From Acetobacteraceae bacterium (GTDB lineage Bacteria; Pseudomonadota; Alphaproteobacteria; Acetobacterales; Acetobacteraceae): a stretch of 64,000 nucleotides of DNA. Numbering within the stretch: the stretch's first letter is position 1; the number at the start of each line of letters is the position of its first letter. The stretch spans positions 1,284 to 65,283 of the forward strand of contig DASWOJ010000137.1 of assembly GCA_036398775.1 (NCBI GenBank), given 5' to 3'. Positions 27,788 to 36,139 of the stretch are shown one piece after another. Position numbers and translations under genes: made by a program. The notes below the pieces were generated by a model that was not told the DNA's origin, ran no database searches, and worked only from the letters and a program-made list of their open reading frames with translations.

Positions 27788-28570
27788 TCACCCCATGGTG
27801 GCGTTGAACGCACCGCCATCCAACAGCAGGTTCTGGCCGACGATGAACCCGCTCTGCGCGGCGCACAGGAACACGCAGGCGTCGCCGAACTCCGCCGGGT
27901 CGCCGACGCGGTTGGCCGGGGACTGCTTGGCCCGCACCGCGATCTCCTCCTCCACCGTGCGTCCGGACTTTGCCGCCAGGGCCTCCGTGGTGGTGCGCAG
28001 CCGGTCCGTCAGGAAAGGGCCGGGCAGCAGGTTGTTGATCGTCACGTTATGCTGCGCCACCTGCCGCGCCAGCCCGGCCACGAAGCCCGTCAGCCCCGCC
28101 CGCGCCCCGTTGCTCATGCCCAGCGTCGGAATCGGCGACTTCACGCTGGCGCTGGTGATGTTCACGATTCGGCCGAACCGGCGGGCGGCCATCCCGTCCA
28201 CGACCGCGCGGATCAGCGCGATCGGCGTCAGCATGTTGGCATCCAGCGCCTTGATCCAGTCGCCGCGTTCCCAATTCCTGAAATCCCCGGGCGGCGGGCC
28301 GCCGGCGTTGTTGATCAGGATGTCCGGCGCCGGGCAGGCTGCGAGCGCGGCGGCGCGGCCCTCCTCCGTCGTAATGTCGCCCGCGACTGCCGTGACCTTT
28401 ACGCCGGTCGCGGCCTGCATCTCCGCCGCCGCCTGGTGCAGCGGACCCGGCGTACGCGCGGTGATAGTGACTGCCACGCCCTCCCGCGCCAGAGCCGTCG
28501 CGCAGGCCCGGCCCAGGCCCTTGCTGGCTGCGCAAACCAGGGCGGTGCGCCCCTGCAAACCCATATCCAT
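27788..28570 (-). CDS. SDR family oxidoreductase
   Basis: ALVCAASKGLG cofactor motif, a NNAG motif and the short-chain dehydrogenase pattern; 260 aa. Confidence 0.8.
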   Translation of the reverse strand: MDMGLQGRTALVCAASKGLGRACATALAREGVAVTITARTPGPLHQAAAEMQAATGVKVTAVAGDITTEEGRAAALAACPAPDILINNAGGPPPGDFRNWERGDWIKALDANMLTPIALIRAVVDGMAARRFGRIVNITSASVKSPIPTLGMSNGARAGLTGFVAGLARQVAQHNVTINNLLPGPFLTDRLRTTTEALAAKSGRTVEEEIAVRAKQSPANRVGDPAEFGDACVFLCAAQSGFIVGQNLLLDGGAFNATMG

Positions 28571-28573
28571 GTC

Positions 28574-29014
28574 CTATCCTTCAATCACTAGCGGTTGCAG
28601 TGCGCGGCGCCATTCGTCTGGCAGCGGCGCCGGACGCCTTGTGGCACTGTCCACGCAGACATGGACGATGAACCCCTCCGCGGAGGCCATGTCCTCGTCG
28701 CCACGAAACATCCCGACCTCAAGCCGGATCGAGCTGCCGCCCAGCCGCGCGACCCGCATCCCGGCCTGCACCTGGTCGGGGAAGCCCAGCTCGGAATAGA
28801 ACCGGCAACCACCCTCGGCGACCATCACGATATGCGGCGTATCCCTCCAGCTCAGCACCCCGGCACGCAGCATGACGGTTGTGACGGCAGTGTCTATGTA
28901 GCCGTAATAAACCGCATTGTTCACATGGCCGAACACGTCGTTGTCCCCCCACCGTGTGGTGATGGGGACGAAGCTGCGATAGTCGGCGCGGACGCCGGGC
29001 GGGGATCTGCTCAT
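28574..29014 (-). CDS. Acyl-CoA thioesterase, hotdog fold (4HBT/YbgC-like)
   Basis: RWGDNDVFGHVNNAVYYGYID is the typical 4HBT catalytic-Asp region. Located 3 nt upstream of the SDR gene. Confidence 0.75.
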   Translation of the reverse strand: MSRSPPGVRADYRSFVPITTRWGDNDVFGHVNNAVYYGYIDTAVTTVMLRAGVLSWRDTPHIVMVAEGGCRFYSELGFPDQVQAGMRVARLGGSSIRLEVGMFRGDEDMASAEGFIVHVCVDSATRRPAPLPDEWRRALQPLVIEG

Positions 29015-29082
29015 ACCGGCGCGATCATGGACAGCCCGGCGGCTGCGCGCTAGATGCCCGCTCCCCTTTCGAGGACCTCTGC

Positions 29083-29475
29083 TTGCGCATATCGCCGCTC
29101 CTGCTGATGCCCCGCCTGCTGACGCCCTGCCTGGTCATGGCGCTCCTGCTCATGTCCGGCCTGCTGCTGCCCGGCGCCGCCCAGGCTCATGCCATCCTGA
29201 TTGACAGCCAGCCTGCTGCACGCGGCGTGGCTGCTCCGGGCACGGAGCGTATCGTCCTGCGGTTCAACAGCCGCGTGGACCACGGCCGCTCGCGCCTGGC
29301 GCTGCGGACCGGCGGTGGAGAGCAGGTGCTGCACGTAGCGCCCGCCAGCGCCGACGACGTGCTGGAAACCCAGGCGGACCTGACGCCCGGCGACTACGTG
29401 CTGCGCTGGCAGGTACTGGCGGTGGACGGGCACATCACCCGCGGGGACGTGCCGTTCCAGGTGAAGGCGCCCTAG
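29083..29475 (+). CDS. copC: CopC-domain copper-binding periplasmic protein
   Basis: A signal peptide is followed by HAILIDSQPA (mature N-terminal His), with WQVLAVDGHITRG near the C-terminus. Start is TTG 29083 or ATG 29107. Confidence 0.8.
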   Translation: MRISPLLLMPRLLTPCLVMALLLMSGLLLPGAAQAHAILIDSQPAARGVAAPGTERIVLRFNSRVDHGRSRLALRTGGGEQVLHVAPASADDVLETQADLTPGDYVLRWQVLAVDGHITRGDVPFQVKAP

Positions 29476-29476
29476 C

Positions 29477-31123
29477 TTGAGCCTCCTCGTTGACCTGTTC
29501 GGCTACCTGTCCATAGTCCTGCACGGCATCACCATCGTGGCGCAAAGCATGGCGCTGGGCGGGGTGCTGTTCCTGCTGTTCCTGGCCCGGCCGTTCCAGG
29601 CGTCGCTGCCGGACGGCATCGGCCTGTCGCGGCGTACGGCGGTCATCGCCGGCTGGAGCGCCCTGGCGCTGGTTGCCTGCGAGGCCCTGACCGTCGCCAT
29701 GCAGTCGGCTGTGCTGATGGACACCCTCGGCCTGCCGCTGCAGGGAGTGGTCGGCGCAAACTTCGCCGTGGCCGGGCTGGTGAAGATGGCGGCAGCGCTG
29801 GCGCTGGCGGCGTGCATGTTCACGCACCGCCCGGTGCCGGCGCCTCCGCTGCTGGGCCTGGTCGCGGTGACTGTCGTTGCGGCGACGCTCACGACGCATT
29901 CCGTGGCACGCCTGCAGGACGAGGGCGTGCTGTTCGCGGCCAGCGCCCTGCACATCCTGGGTGCGGCTGTCTGGATCGGCGGCATCCCGTGCTTCCTGAT
30001 GGCGCTGGGCAGGCTGCACGATGGCGCCGCATTCCGCCGGGTCGGCGCCCGGTTCAGCCGGATGAGCATGGCCGGCGTTGGCTGCATCCTCGTGTCCGCC
30101 ACCGTCTTCAGCCTTCTGTATGTCGGCTCCTGGGGCGGGGTCTATGGCACTGCCTACGGCGTGATGGTCACCGCCAAGGCGGCGATGTTCGGCGCGCTGC
30201 TGCTGCTGGGCCTCGGCAATTTCCTGGTCGTCGAGCGCCTGCGCCGCGATCCCGGCGCCTCCATCCTGCGAATGCGCCGCTTCGCCGAGGTGGAGATCGG
30301 CATCGGCTGCAGCATCTTCTTCGCCGCGGCGTCGCTGACCTCGGTGCCTCCCGCCGTGGACCTCAGGCAGGACCGGGTTGTCTGGTCGGAGATCGCCGCG
30401 CGCAACACGCCGGAGCTGCCGAGCCTGGCCTCCCCAGACCATGACAAGCTGGCCCTGCCGGCGCTGCAGGCGCAACTTGACGCCGAGGCCGCACAGAAGC
30501 AGGCCGCCGCGCCAGAGGCGTTCGTGCCCGGCTCGGGCGAACTGCCGGTCCGCAACGCGGCGGATGTCGCCTGGAGCGAATACAACCACCACTGGTCCGG
30601 CCTGTTCGTGGTGCTGATCGGCGTGCTCGGCCTCCTGCACCGCGCCGGGGTGCGCTGGGCCAGGCATTGGCCCCTGGCCCTGCTCGGCCTGGCCGTGTTC
30701 CTGTTCCTGCGCAGCGACCCCGAGGTGTGGCCACTCGGCGAGATCGGCGTCTGGGAAAGCCTGCGCGACGTGGAGGTGCTGCAGCACCGCGTCTTCGTGC
30801 TGTTGATCATCGCCTTCGCGCTGTTCGAGTGGGGCGTGCGGACCGGACGGCTGCGCGACCCGCGGGCGGCGCTGGTGTTCCCGCTGCTGACGGCGCTCGG
30901 CGGGGCGTTGCTGCTGACGCACAGCCATGCCATCGCAAACATCAAGGATCAGTTGCTGATCGAGCTGTCCCATACGCCGTTGGCCCTCGCCGGCATCGCC
31001 GCAGGCTGGTCGCGCTGGCTCGAACTGCGGGCCGACGGACCCGTGCGGCGCTGGGCCGGCTGGGTCTGGCCCATCTGCTTCGTGCTGGTGGGCGCGATCC
31101 TGCTGAACTACCGCGAAGCCTAA
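29477..31123 (+). CDS. copD: CopD-family copper resistance membrane protein with an extra C-terminal membrane domain
   Basis: 548-aa polytopic membrane ORF directly after copC, with the CopD-type N-terminal half. The TTG start at 29477 is taken from the ORF track. Confidence 0.75.
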   Translation: MSLLVDLFGYLSIVLHGITIVAQSMALGGVLFLLFLARPFQASLPDGIGLSRRTAVIAGWSALALVACEALTVAMQSAVLMDTLGLPLQGVVGANFAVAGLVKMAAALALAACMFTHRPVPAPPLLGLVAVTVVAATLTTHSVARLQDEGVLFAASALHILGAAVWIGGIPCFLMALGRLHDGAAFRRVGARFSRMSMAGVGCILVSATVFSLLYVGSWGGVYGTAYGVMVTAKAAMFGALLLLGLGNFLVVERLRRDPGASILRMRRFAEVEIGIGCSIFFAAASLTSVPPAVDLRQDRVVWSEIAARNTPELPSLASPDHDKLALPALQAQLDAEAAQKQAAAPEAFVPGSGELPVRNAADVAWSEYNHHWSGLFVVLIGVLGLLHRAGVRWARHWPLALLGLAVFLFLRSDPEVWPLGEIGVWESLRDVEVLQHRVFVLLIIAFALFEWGVRTGRLRDPRAALVFPLLTALGGALLLTHSHAIANIKDQLLIELSHTPLALAGIAAGWSRWLELRADGPVRRWAGWVWPICFVLVGAILLNYREA

Positions 31124-31367
31124 GCTACCGCCCGGCGCCCCGCGCTGCGGCGTGCTGCGCCGGTCGGTCCGCCGTGCTGCTCCGCCCATCCAGGAAACCA
31201 GGGCCGGCCAGCAGCAGCCACATCACGCCGGCAAAACCAAAAGCCGCCGCGGTCCGTCCGCAGCATCGTACAACCCCCCGCATCCTAACAATGAGGAGCT
31301 CCGACTGTTCTGCCCGGCGCTGGTGAACCGTGCCTGCCTGAGACCATTGCATCGTGCGTGCGTACAT

Positions 31368-31427
31368 AATAAGAACATATCCGGTCTAGGCCGAAGCGCC
31401 CCTAGGGCGACTCCCGATGTTCTTATT
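31368..31427. other. AT-rich nested hairpin (11-bp perfect inverted repeat enclosing a 5-bp one)
   Basis: AATAAGAACAT (31368-78) pairs with ATGTTCTTATT (31417-27). The inner pair is CTAGG/CCTAG. Followed on plus by TTGTTCT. Lies between convergent copD and the sensor kinase. Confidence 0.5.
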
Positions 31428-31450
31428 TTGTTCTGACTGGTTAGGCAGAG

Positions 31451-33238
31451 TCAAGCACTCAGATTGATACCGTCCGGTAGCATGGCGCTGATCTGGGCAG
31501 ACAAGGCCGCACCCTGAACCGGCTTCTGCATCAAGATGACCCGGCCGCCAGCCACCTGCGCAACGGCAGCGTCCAGCTCTGGCCCGGAATGTCCAGTCAA
31601 CAGGATGGCCGCCAAGCCCGGGCGCAGCAGCCGTGCCTGGCGTATCAAGGTCATGCCGTCCGTGCCCGGCATGGACAGGTCGCTGATAAGCAAGTCAGGG
31701 GTGTCATCGGCGATGCGCGCCAGCGCCGGCGTCGCACCGCCATAGCCGAACACCCGGCAACCCTGCGAAACCAGGATATCCGCCAATACGTTCCGCACTT
31801 CCACGTCGTCATCTACCAGCACGACCATGGGACGAATGTCCGGCCGCACCGGCGTCGCTGCGGCTATGATCGCCGGAAGCCATAGCCGCACGGTCGTGCC
31901 GTGGCCCGGGATGCTCTGGATGGCGAGCAGGCCGCCGGACTGCTCCGCAAACCCGCGTGCCACGGACAAGCCCAGCCCAGTGCCGCGGCCGCGCGGCTTC
32001 GTCGTGAAGAACGGCTCGGCGGCATGTGCGAGAGTGTCGCCGTCCATGCCCGGTCCGCTGTCCGCCACCTCCAGCCTGACATAAGGGCCGGGCGGCAGTC
32101 CCGGGGCATCGTCGTCACGGGCGGCATGCAGGCTGACCCGGTTGGGGCCGGCCCCTGGCAACCCGGACTGATCCAGCATGGCGTCGCGCGCGTTGGTGGC
32201 CAGGTTGACCAGCACCGTCTCCAGCCCGCCTCTATCGGCCATCATGGGCGGCAGGTCCGCCTCTGCGTTCGCCTGGACCGTGATGCCCGAACCCAGGGTG
32301 CGGGCCAGCATCTCACGCAAATCCTCCAGCAGCGGCGATGCGTGCATCGGTCCCGGCTGCAACGCACCGCGCCGGGCGAAACTCAGCAGCCGGCGGGTGA
32401 CGGAAGCGCCGCGGTCCGCCGCATCCACCACCAGCCCGGCCAGGCGGCGCACCGAGTCCGGGTTGTCCGGACGCCGCTGGATCAACCTCGCTCCGCCGGC
32501 GATGGCCTGCAGGACGTTGTTGAAGTCATGCGCGACGCCGCCGGCCAACTGGCCCAGCGCCTCCATGCGCTGCGACTGGCGGAGGCTTTCCTCGACGCGG
32601 GCACGCTCCGCCACCGCATCGGCCACCCGTTGCTCCAGCGTGGCGTTCATCGCCTGCAACGCCGCCTCTGCGGCACGGCGATGGCTGATATCTTGAACCG
32701 CGGCGATGATGTGCTGCGGACGGCCCGTCGCATCATGCGTCACGCTCATGTGGCTGATGACCCAAACGTCGCTTTCGTCCGGGCGCACCAGGCGCTTCTC
32801 GATCACGAACGGCTCACCGGTCGCGAGCATCCGGGCGTGGCCGGCCTGATGACGGTCACGGTCCTCCGGATGGGTCAGGTCATGGATGCGCAGGGTCTGG
32901 AGCGTGTCCATCCCCCGCCCGAGCAGGGCGCAGTAACGGTTGTTCGCCAGCAGGAAGCATCCCGACAAGGTGGTCTGGCATATCCCGACCGGCGCTTGGT
33001 TCAGCAGGGTATAGAACCGTTCCTCGGCGTCATGCAGCGCATGGGCCGACTGGTTCAACGCCTGGCGCAACCGCCCGCTACGCCGCAGGGCCATCATGCC
33101 GACCGGCAACAGCAGCGGCAGCAGCCGCAGCAGCCTGTGAGCCTGGCCGCGGCTGCCGACACCGGATTGATTGCCGGGCAACTGCTGGCGCAGGCCGGAG
33201 TCAGGCGCGAAGTGGAACGTCATGGTGAGGCAACGCAC
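31451..33238 (-). CDS. Hybrid sensor histidine kinase/response regulator with a PAS domain
   Basis: PAS region (LLNQAPVGICQT...), H-box VAHDFNNVLQAI, HATPase G-box GTGLGLSVARGF and a C-terminal REC (VVLVDDD...LLISDLSMPG). The start may be the ATG at 33223. Confidence 0.85.
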   Translation of the reverse strand: MRCLTMTFHFAPDSGLRQQLPGNQSGVGSRGQAHRLLRLLPLLLPVGMMALRRSGRLRQALNQSAHALHDAEERFYTLLNQAPVGICQTTLSGCFLLANNRYCALLGRGMDTLQTLRIHDLTHPEDRDRHQAGHARMLATGEPFVIEKRLVRPDESDVWVISHMSVTHDATGRPQHIIAAVQDISHRRAAEAALQAMNATLEQRVADAVAERARVEESLRQSQRMEALGQLAGGVAHDFNNVLQAIAGGARLIQRRPDNPDSVRRLAGLVVDAADRGASVTRRLLSFARRGALQPGPMHASPLLEDLREMLARTLGSGITVQANAEADLPPMMADRGGLETVLVNLATNARDAMLDQSGLPGAGPNRVSLHAARDDDAPGLPPGPYVRLEVADSGPGMDGDTLAHAAEPFFTTKPRGRGTGLGLSVARGFAEQSGGLLAIQSIPGHGTTVRLWLPAIIAAATPVRPDIRPMVVLVDDDVEVRNVLADILVSQGCRVFGYGGATPALARIADDTPDLLISDLSMPGTDGMTLIRQARLLRPGLAAILLTGHSGPELDAAVAQVAGGRVILMQKPVQGAALSAQISAMLPDGINLSA

Positions 33239-33319
33239 AAGTGGCGGATCGGCTTCCCGCTCTGCTTGTCAACTTCAACTAAAACTCGGGACCTCCGTCC
33301 CTCGTCACCGTCGCAGCCC

Positions 33320-36139
33320 CTATGCAGCATCCCGCCGGCGGCGGGAGCTGGGCACCGGCTCCGGGGTGCCCTCCTCCGGCAACTGCAGCGCCGCCAGCAG
33401 CGCCTGCCGCAGCGAGGCCAGCTTGCGCTCGTTCTCCACCTTCAGGCCGAACACATCCTTGACATAGAACACGTCCACCGCCCGCACGCCGTAGGTGGTG
33501 ACATGCGCCGAGGCGATCTGCAGCCCCTGCTCGCTGATGGCGGCCGTCACGTCATGCAGCAGGCCGGGGCGGTCGCGCCCGTTGACCTCCAGCACGGTGT
33601 GGGTGTGGCTGGCGCGGTTGTCCACCACGACGCGCGGCGGCACGTGGATCGCGCGCATCCGGCTGCCGAGCACGCTGCGCGACGCCCGGCTGATCTCCCC
33701 CTGCAGGCCCAGGCGCCCGGACAGCGCCTGGTCAATCAGCACGTGCAGCCGGGCCAGCCGGTGCGGTGCCTCGAACGCACCCCCGGCGGTGTCCTGTATC
33801 CAGAACGTGTCCAGCGCGCTGCCGTTGGTCAGCGTGTGGATGCGGGCATCCACGATGCTGGCGCCCGCCACCGCCAGCGCCCCGGCGATGCGGCTGAACA
33901 ACCCGGCGTGATCGGCGGTATAAACAGTCACTTCCGTCACCGCGCGCGACGGCAGCGGCTGGGTGTCAACCGTCAACGGCGCATGACGGGCCTCCGCGTC
34001 CCGGATCAGCCGGGCATGCCGGACGTGGGTCTCCGGGTCGAAGCTGAGCCAGTAGCCGGGGTAGCCCAGCCCGAGGAAGAAGTCGCGGTCCGCCTCCGCC
34101 CAGTCCTGCAGGTGCTCGGCCACGACCTCCTTGGCGCGGGCCACGCGCACGTCCCGCTCCGTGCTTGCCAGGCCCCCGGCCAGCACGTCGGCCACGCGGG
34201 AATACAGCTCCCGCAGCAGGGTCGCCTTCCAGCCGTTCCACACCTTGGCGCTGACCGCGCGCATGTCGGCCACCGTCAGCAGCAGCAGCAGCTTGAGCCG
34301 CTCCGGCGACTGTATGGTGTCGGCCAGGTCCATGATCGTCTTGGGGTCGTCTATGTCCCGCTTGAAGGCGGTCTGGCTGAGCAGCAGGTGGTGCAGCACC
34401 AGCCAGCTCACCGTCTCCGTCTCCTCGGTGGACAGGCCGATGATCGGGCCGATGCTGGCCGCAAGCTCGGCGCCCAGCTCGGAATGGTCGCCGCCCCGGC
34501 CCTTGGCGATATCGTGCAGCAGGGTCGCGGCATACAGCGCGCGCCGGGATTGCAGGTCCTCGACCAAGCCGGATGCGACAGGTGCCACCTCGGCCAGCTC
34601 CCCGCGCTCCAGCGCGTTCAGGACGCGTATGGCCTCAATGGTGTGCTCGTCCACCGTGAACACATGGTAGGTGTCGAACTGCATCTGGCCGACGATGCGC
34701 GCCCAATCCGGGATGTAGCGGCCCATGAACCCCGTCTCGCTCAGCAGGCCGATCCAGCGGGCACCGTCCGCCCGGCCGTGCTCGCCGTCCCGTCCGCTGA
34801 GCAGGTCTAGGAACATCTCGCCAGCCGCGGGCTCGCCGCGCAACAGGACGCCGCCGCGTTCGTGCCGGATCAGCGCGCGTATCGCCAGGGGATGCAGCTC
34901 CAGCCCACGCTCCCGCGCGACCTGCAGGATGCGCAGCATCGCCAGCGGGAATCGCCCGAAGTCGTTGCCCGGCATGCAGAGCAGCTTGCCGTCCGCCAGC
35001 ATGAAGCCCTCCTCGTGCAGCGCCGAATCTCCTGCGTCGCCGCCAAGGGCCGGAGGGCCGAGGGCTGCGCGCACGATGGCCGGCTCCAGCACGGCGGTGA
35101 TGCGGGTGATCTCGCGCGCCGTCAGGAAGTAGTGGCGCATGAAACGCTCGACCCCATCCTGGCGGCCATGCCGCGTGTAGCCCATCCGGGCGCCGACGAC
35201 GGGCTGCAGGTCGAAGGTCAGCCGGTCCTCCGCACGCCCGGCGACGTAGTGCAGGTGGAAACGCACGGTCCACAGGAAATCCCAGGACCGGCGCGCGTGC
35301 TTGGCCTCCGCGTCGGTCAGGATGCCGCCGCCGGGCGACTCCGGACCGACCAGCTCTCCCATCACCTGCGTCCCGAATAGGTAGCGGCTCATCCAGTAAA
35401 GCGTCTGCAGGTCGCGCAGGCCGCCGCGGCCTTCCTTGATGTTGGGCTCGACCAGGAACGGCGTTTCGCCATAGCGGTGGTGGCGCACGTCGCGCTCAGC
35501 CTGCTTGGCGGCGATGAAGCCGCCAGCGCCCGCCTCGGTGCAGAACAGCAGGAAGCGGTTCTCGAACAGGCCGAACAGCGCGGGGTCGCCAGCCAGCAGG
35601 CGCGCGTCAATCATGCTGGTCCGCACCGTCAGGTCCCGCTCGGCGTCGGCGATGCAATCGTTGACGGAGCGGGTGGCGTGGCCGACCTTGAGGCCGAGGT
35701 CCCACAAGAAATAGAGCATGAACTCGACGGCGGCCAGGCTGCGCGGCCCCGGCGCGTCGGCGGTGATGAACAGCAGGTCTATGTCGCTGAACGGCGCCAG
35801 CACCCCACGGCCATAGCCGCCGGTGGCGACGACGGCGATCGGCTCCTGCGCCGTCGCAGCCTCGACGTCGGCGACGTGGCTGCGGGCGTAGTTGTATAGC
35901 GACAGGATGACGCCATCCGTCAGCCGCCCCAGCAGACGGCCTGCCTGCAGGCCGCTCATGCCGCCGTCCTCGAACCCCTGCCGCACGTGGTGCTGCAACC
36001 GGGTCAGATAACGCCGGAATACGCCAAGCACCGCGTCGCGCGGCGGAGGCTGCCCCACATCGGACAGGGCAACCAGCGAGGACGCAAGGATGGCCATGGC
36101 GTCGTCAGGCTGGTCGGGCAGGGGCAGGGGGCTGAGCAT
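33320..36139 (-). CDS. glnD: Bifunctional [protein-PII] uridylyltransferase/uridylyl-removing enzyme
   Basis: Trimmed from ORF 33320..36466 to the ATG at 36139 (TAATG overlap with the mutS stop). Nucleotidyltransferase GGYGRGVLAPFSDIDL, HD domain HDIAKGRGGDHSELG and two C-terminal ACT-like regions. Confidence 0.9.
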   Translation of the reverse strand: MLSPLPLPDQPDDAMAILASSLVALSDVGQPPPRDAVLGVFRRYLTRLQHHVRQGFEDGGMSGLQAGRLLGRLTDGVILSLYNYARSHVADVEAATAQEPIAVVATGGYGRGVLAPFSDIDLLFITADAPGPRSLAAVEFMLYFLWDLGLKVGHATRSVNDCIADAERDLTVRTSMIDARLLAGDPALFGLFENRFLLFCTEAGAGGFIAAKQAERDVRHHRYGETPFLVEPNIKEGRGGLRDLQTLYWMSRYLFGTQVMGELVGPESPGGGILTDAEAKHARRSWDFLWTVRFHLHYVAGRAEDRLTFDLQPVVGARMGYTRHGRQDGVERFMRHYFLTAREITRITAVLEPAIVRAALGPPALGGDAGDSALHEEGFMLADGKLLCMPGNDFGRFPLAMLRILQVARERGLELHPLAIRALIRHERGGVLLRGEPAAGEMFLDLLSGRDGEHGRADGARWIGLLSETGFMGRYIPDWARIVGQMQFDTYHVFTVDEHTIEAIRVLNALERGELAEVAPVASGLVEDLQSRRALYAATLLHDIAKGRGGDHSELGAELAASIGPIIGLSTEETETVSWLVLHHLLLSQTAFKRDIDDPKTIMDLADTIQSPERLKLLLLLTVADMRAVSAKVWNGWKATLLRELYSRVADVLAGGLASTERDVRVARAKEVVAEHLQDWAEADRDFFLGLGYPGYWLSFDPETHVRHARLIRDAEARHAPLTVDTQPLPSRAVTEVTVYTADHAGLFSRIAGALAVAGASIVDARIHTLTNGSALDTFWIQDTAGGAFEAPHRLARLHVLIDQALSGRLGLQGEISRASRSVLGSRMRAIHVPPRVVVDNRASHTHTVLEVNGRDRPGLLHDVTAAISEQGLQIASAHVTTYGVRAVDVFYVKDVFGLKVENERKLASLRQALLAALQLPEEGTPEPVPSSRRRRDAA

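Noticed and set aside
31125-31367. 80-aa minus-strand ORF with one hydrophobic segment in the copD-kinase spacer
   Set aside because: It has no SD and poor coding-like composition. It overlaps the end of copD by frame and is not distinguishable from chance in this GC context.
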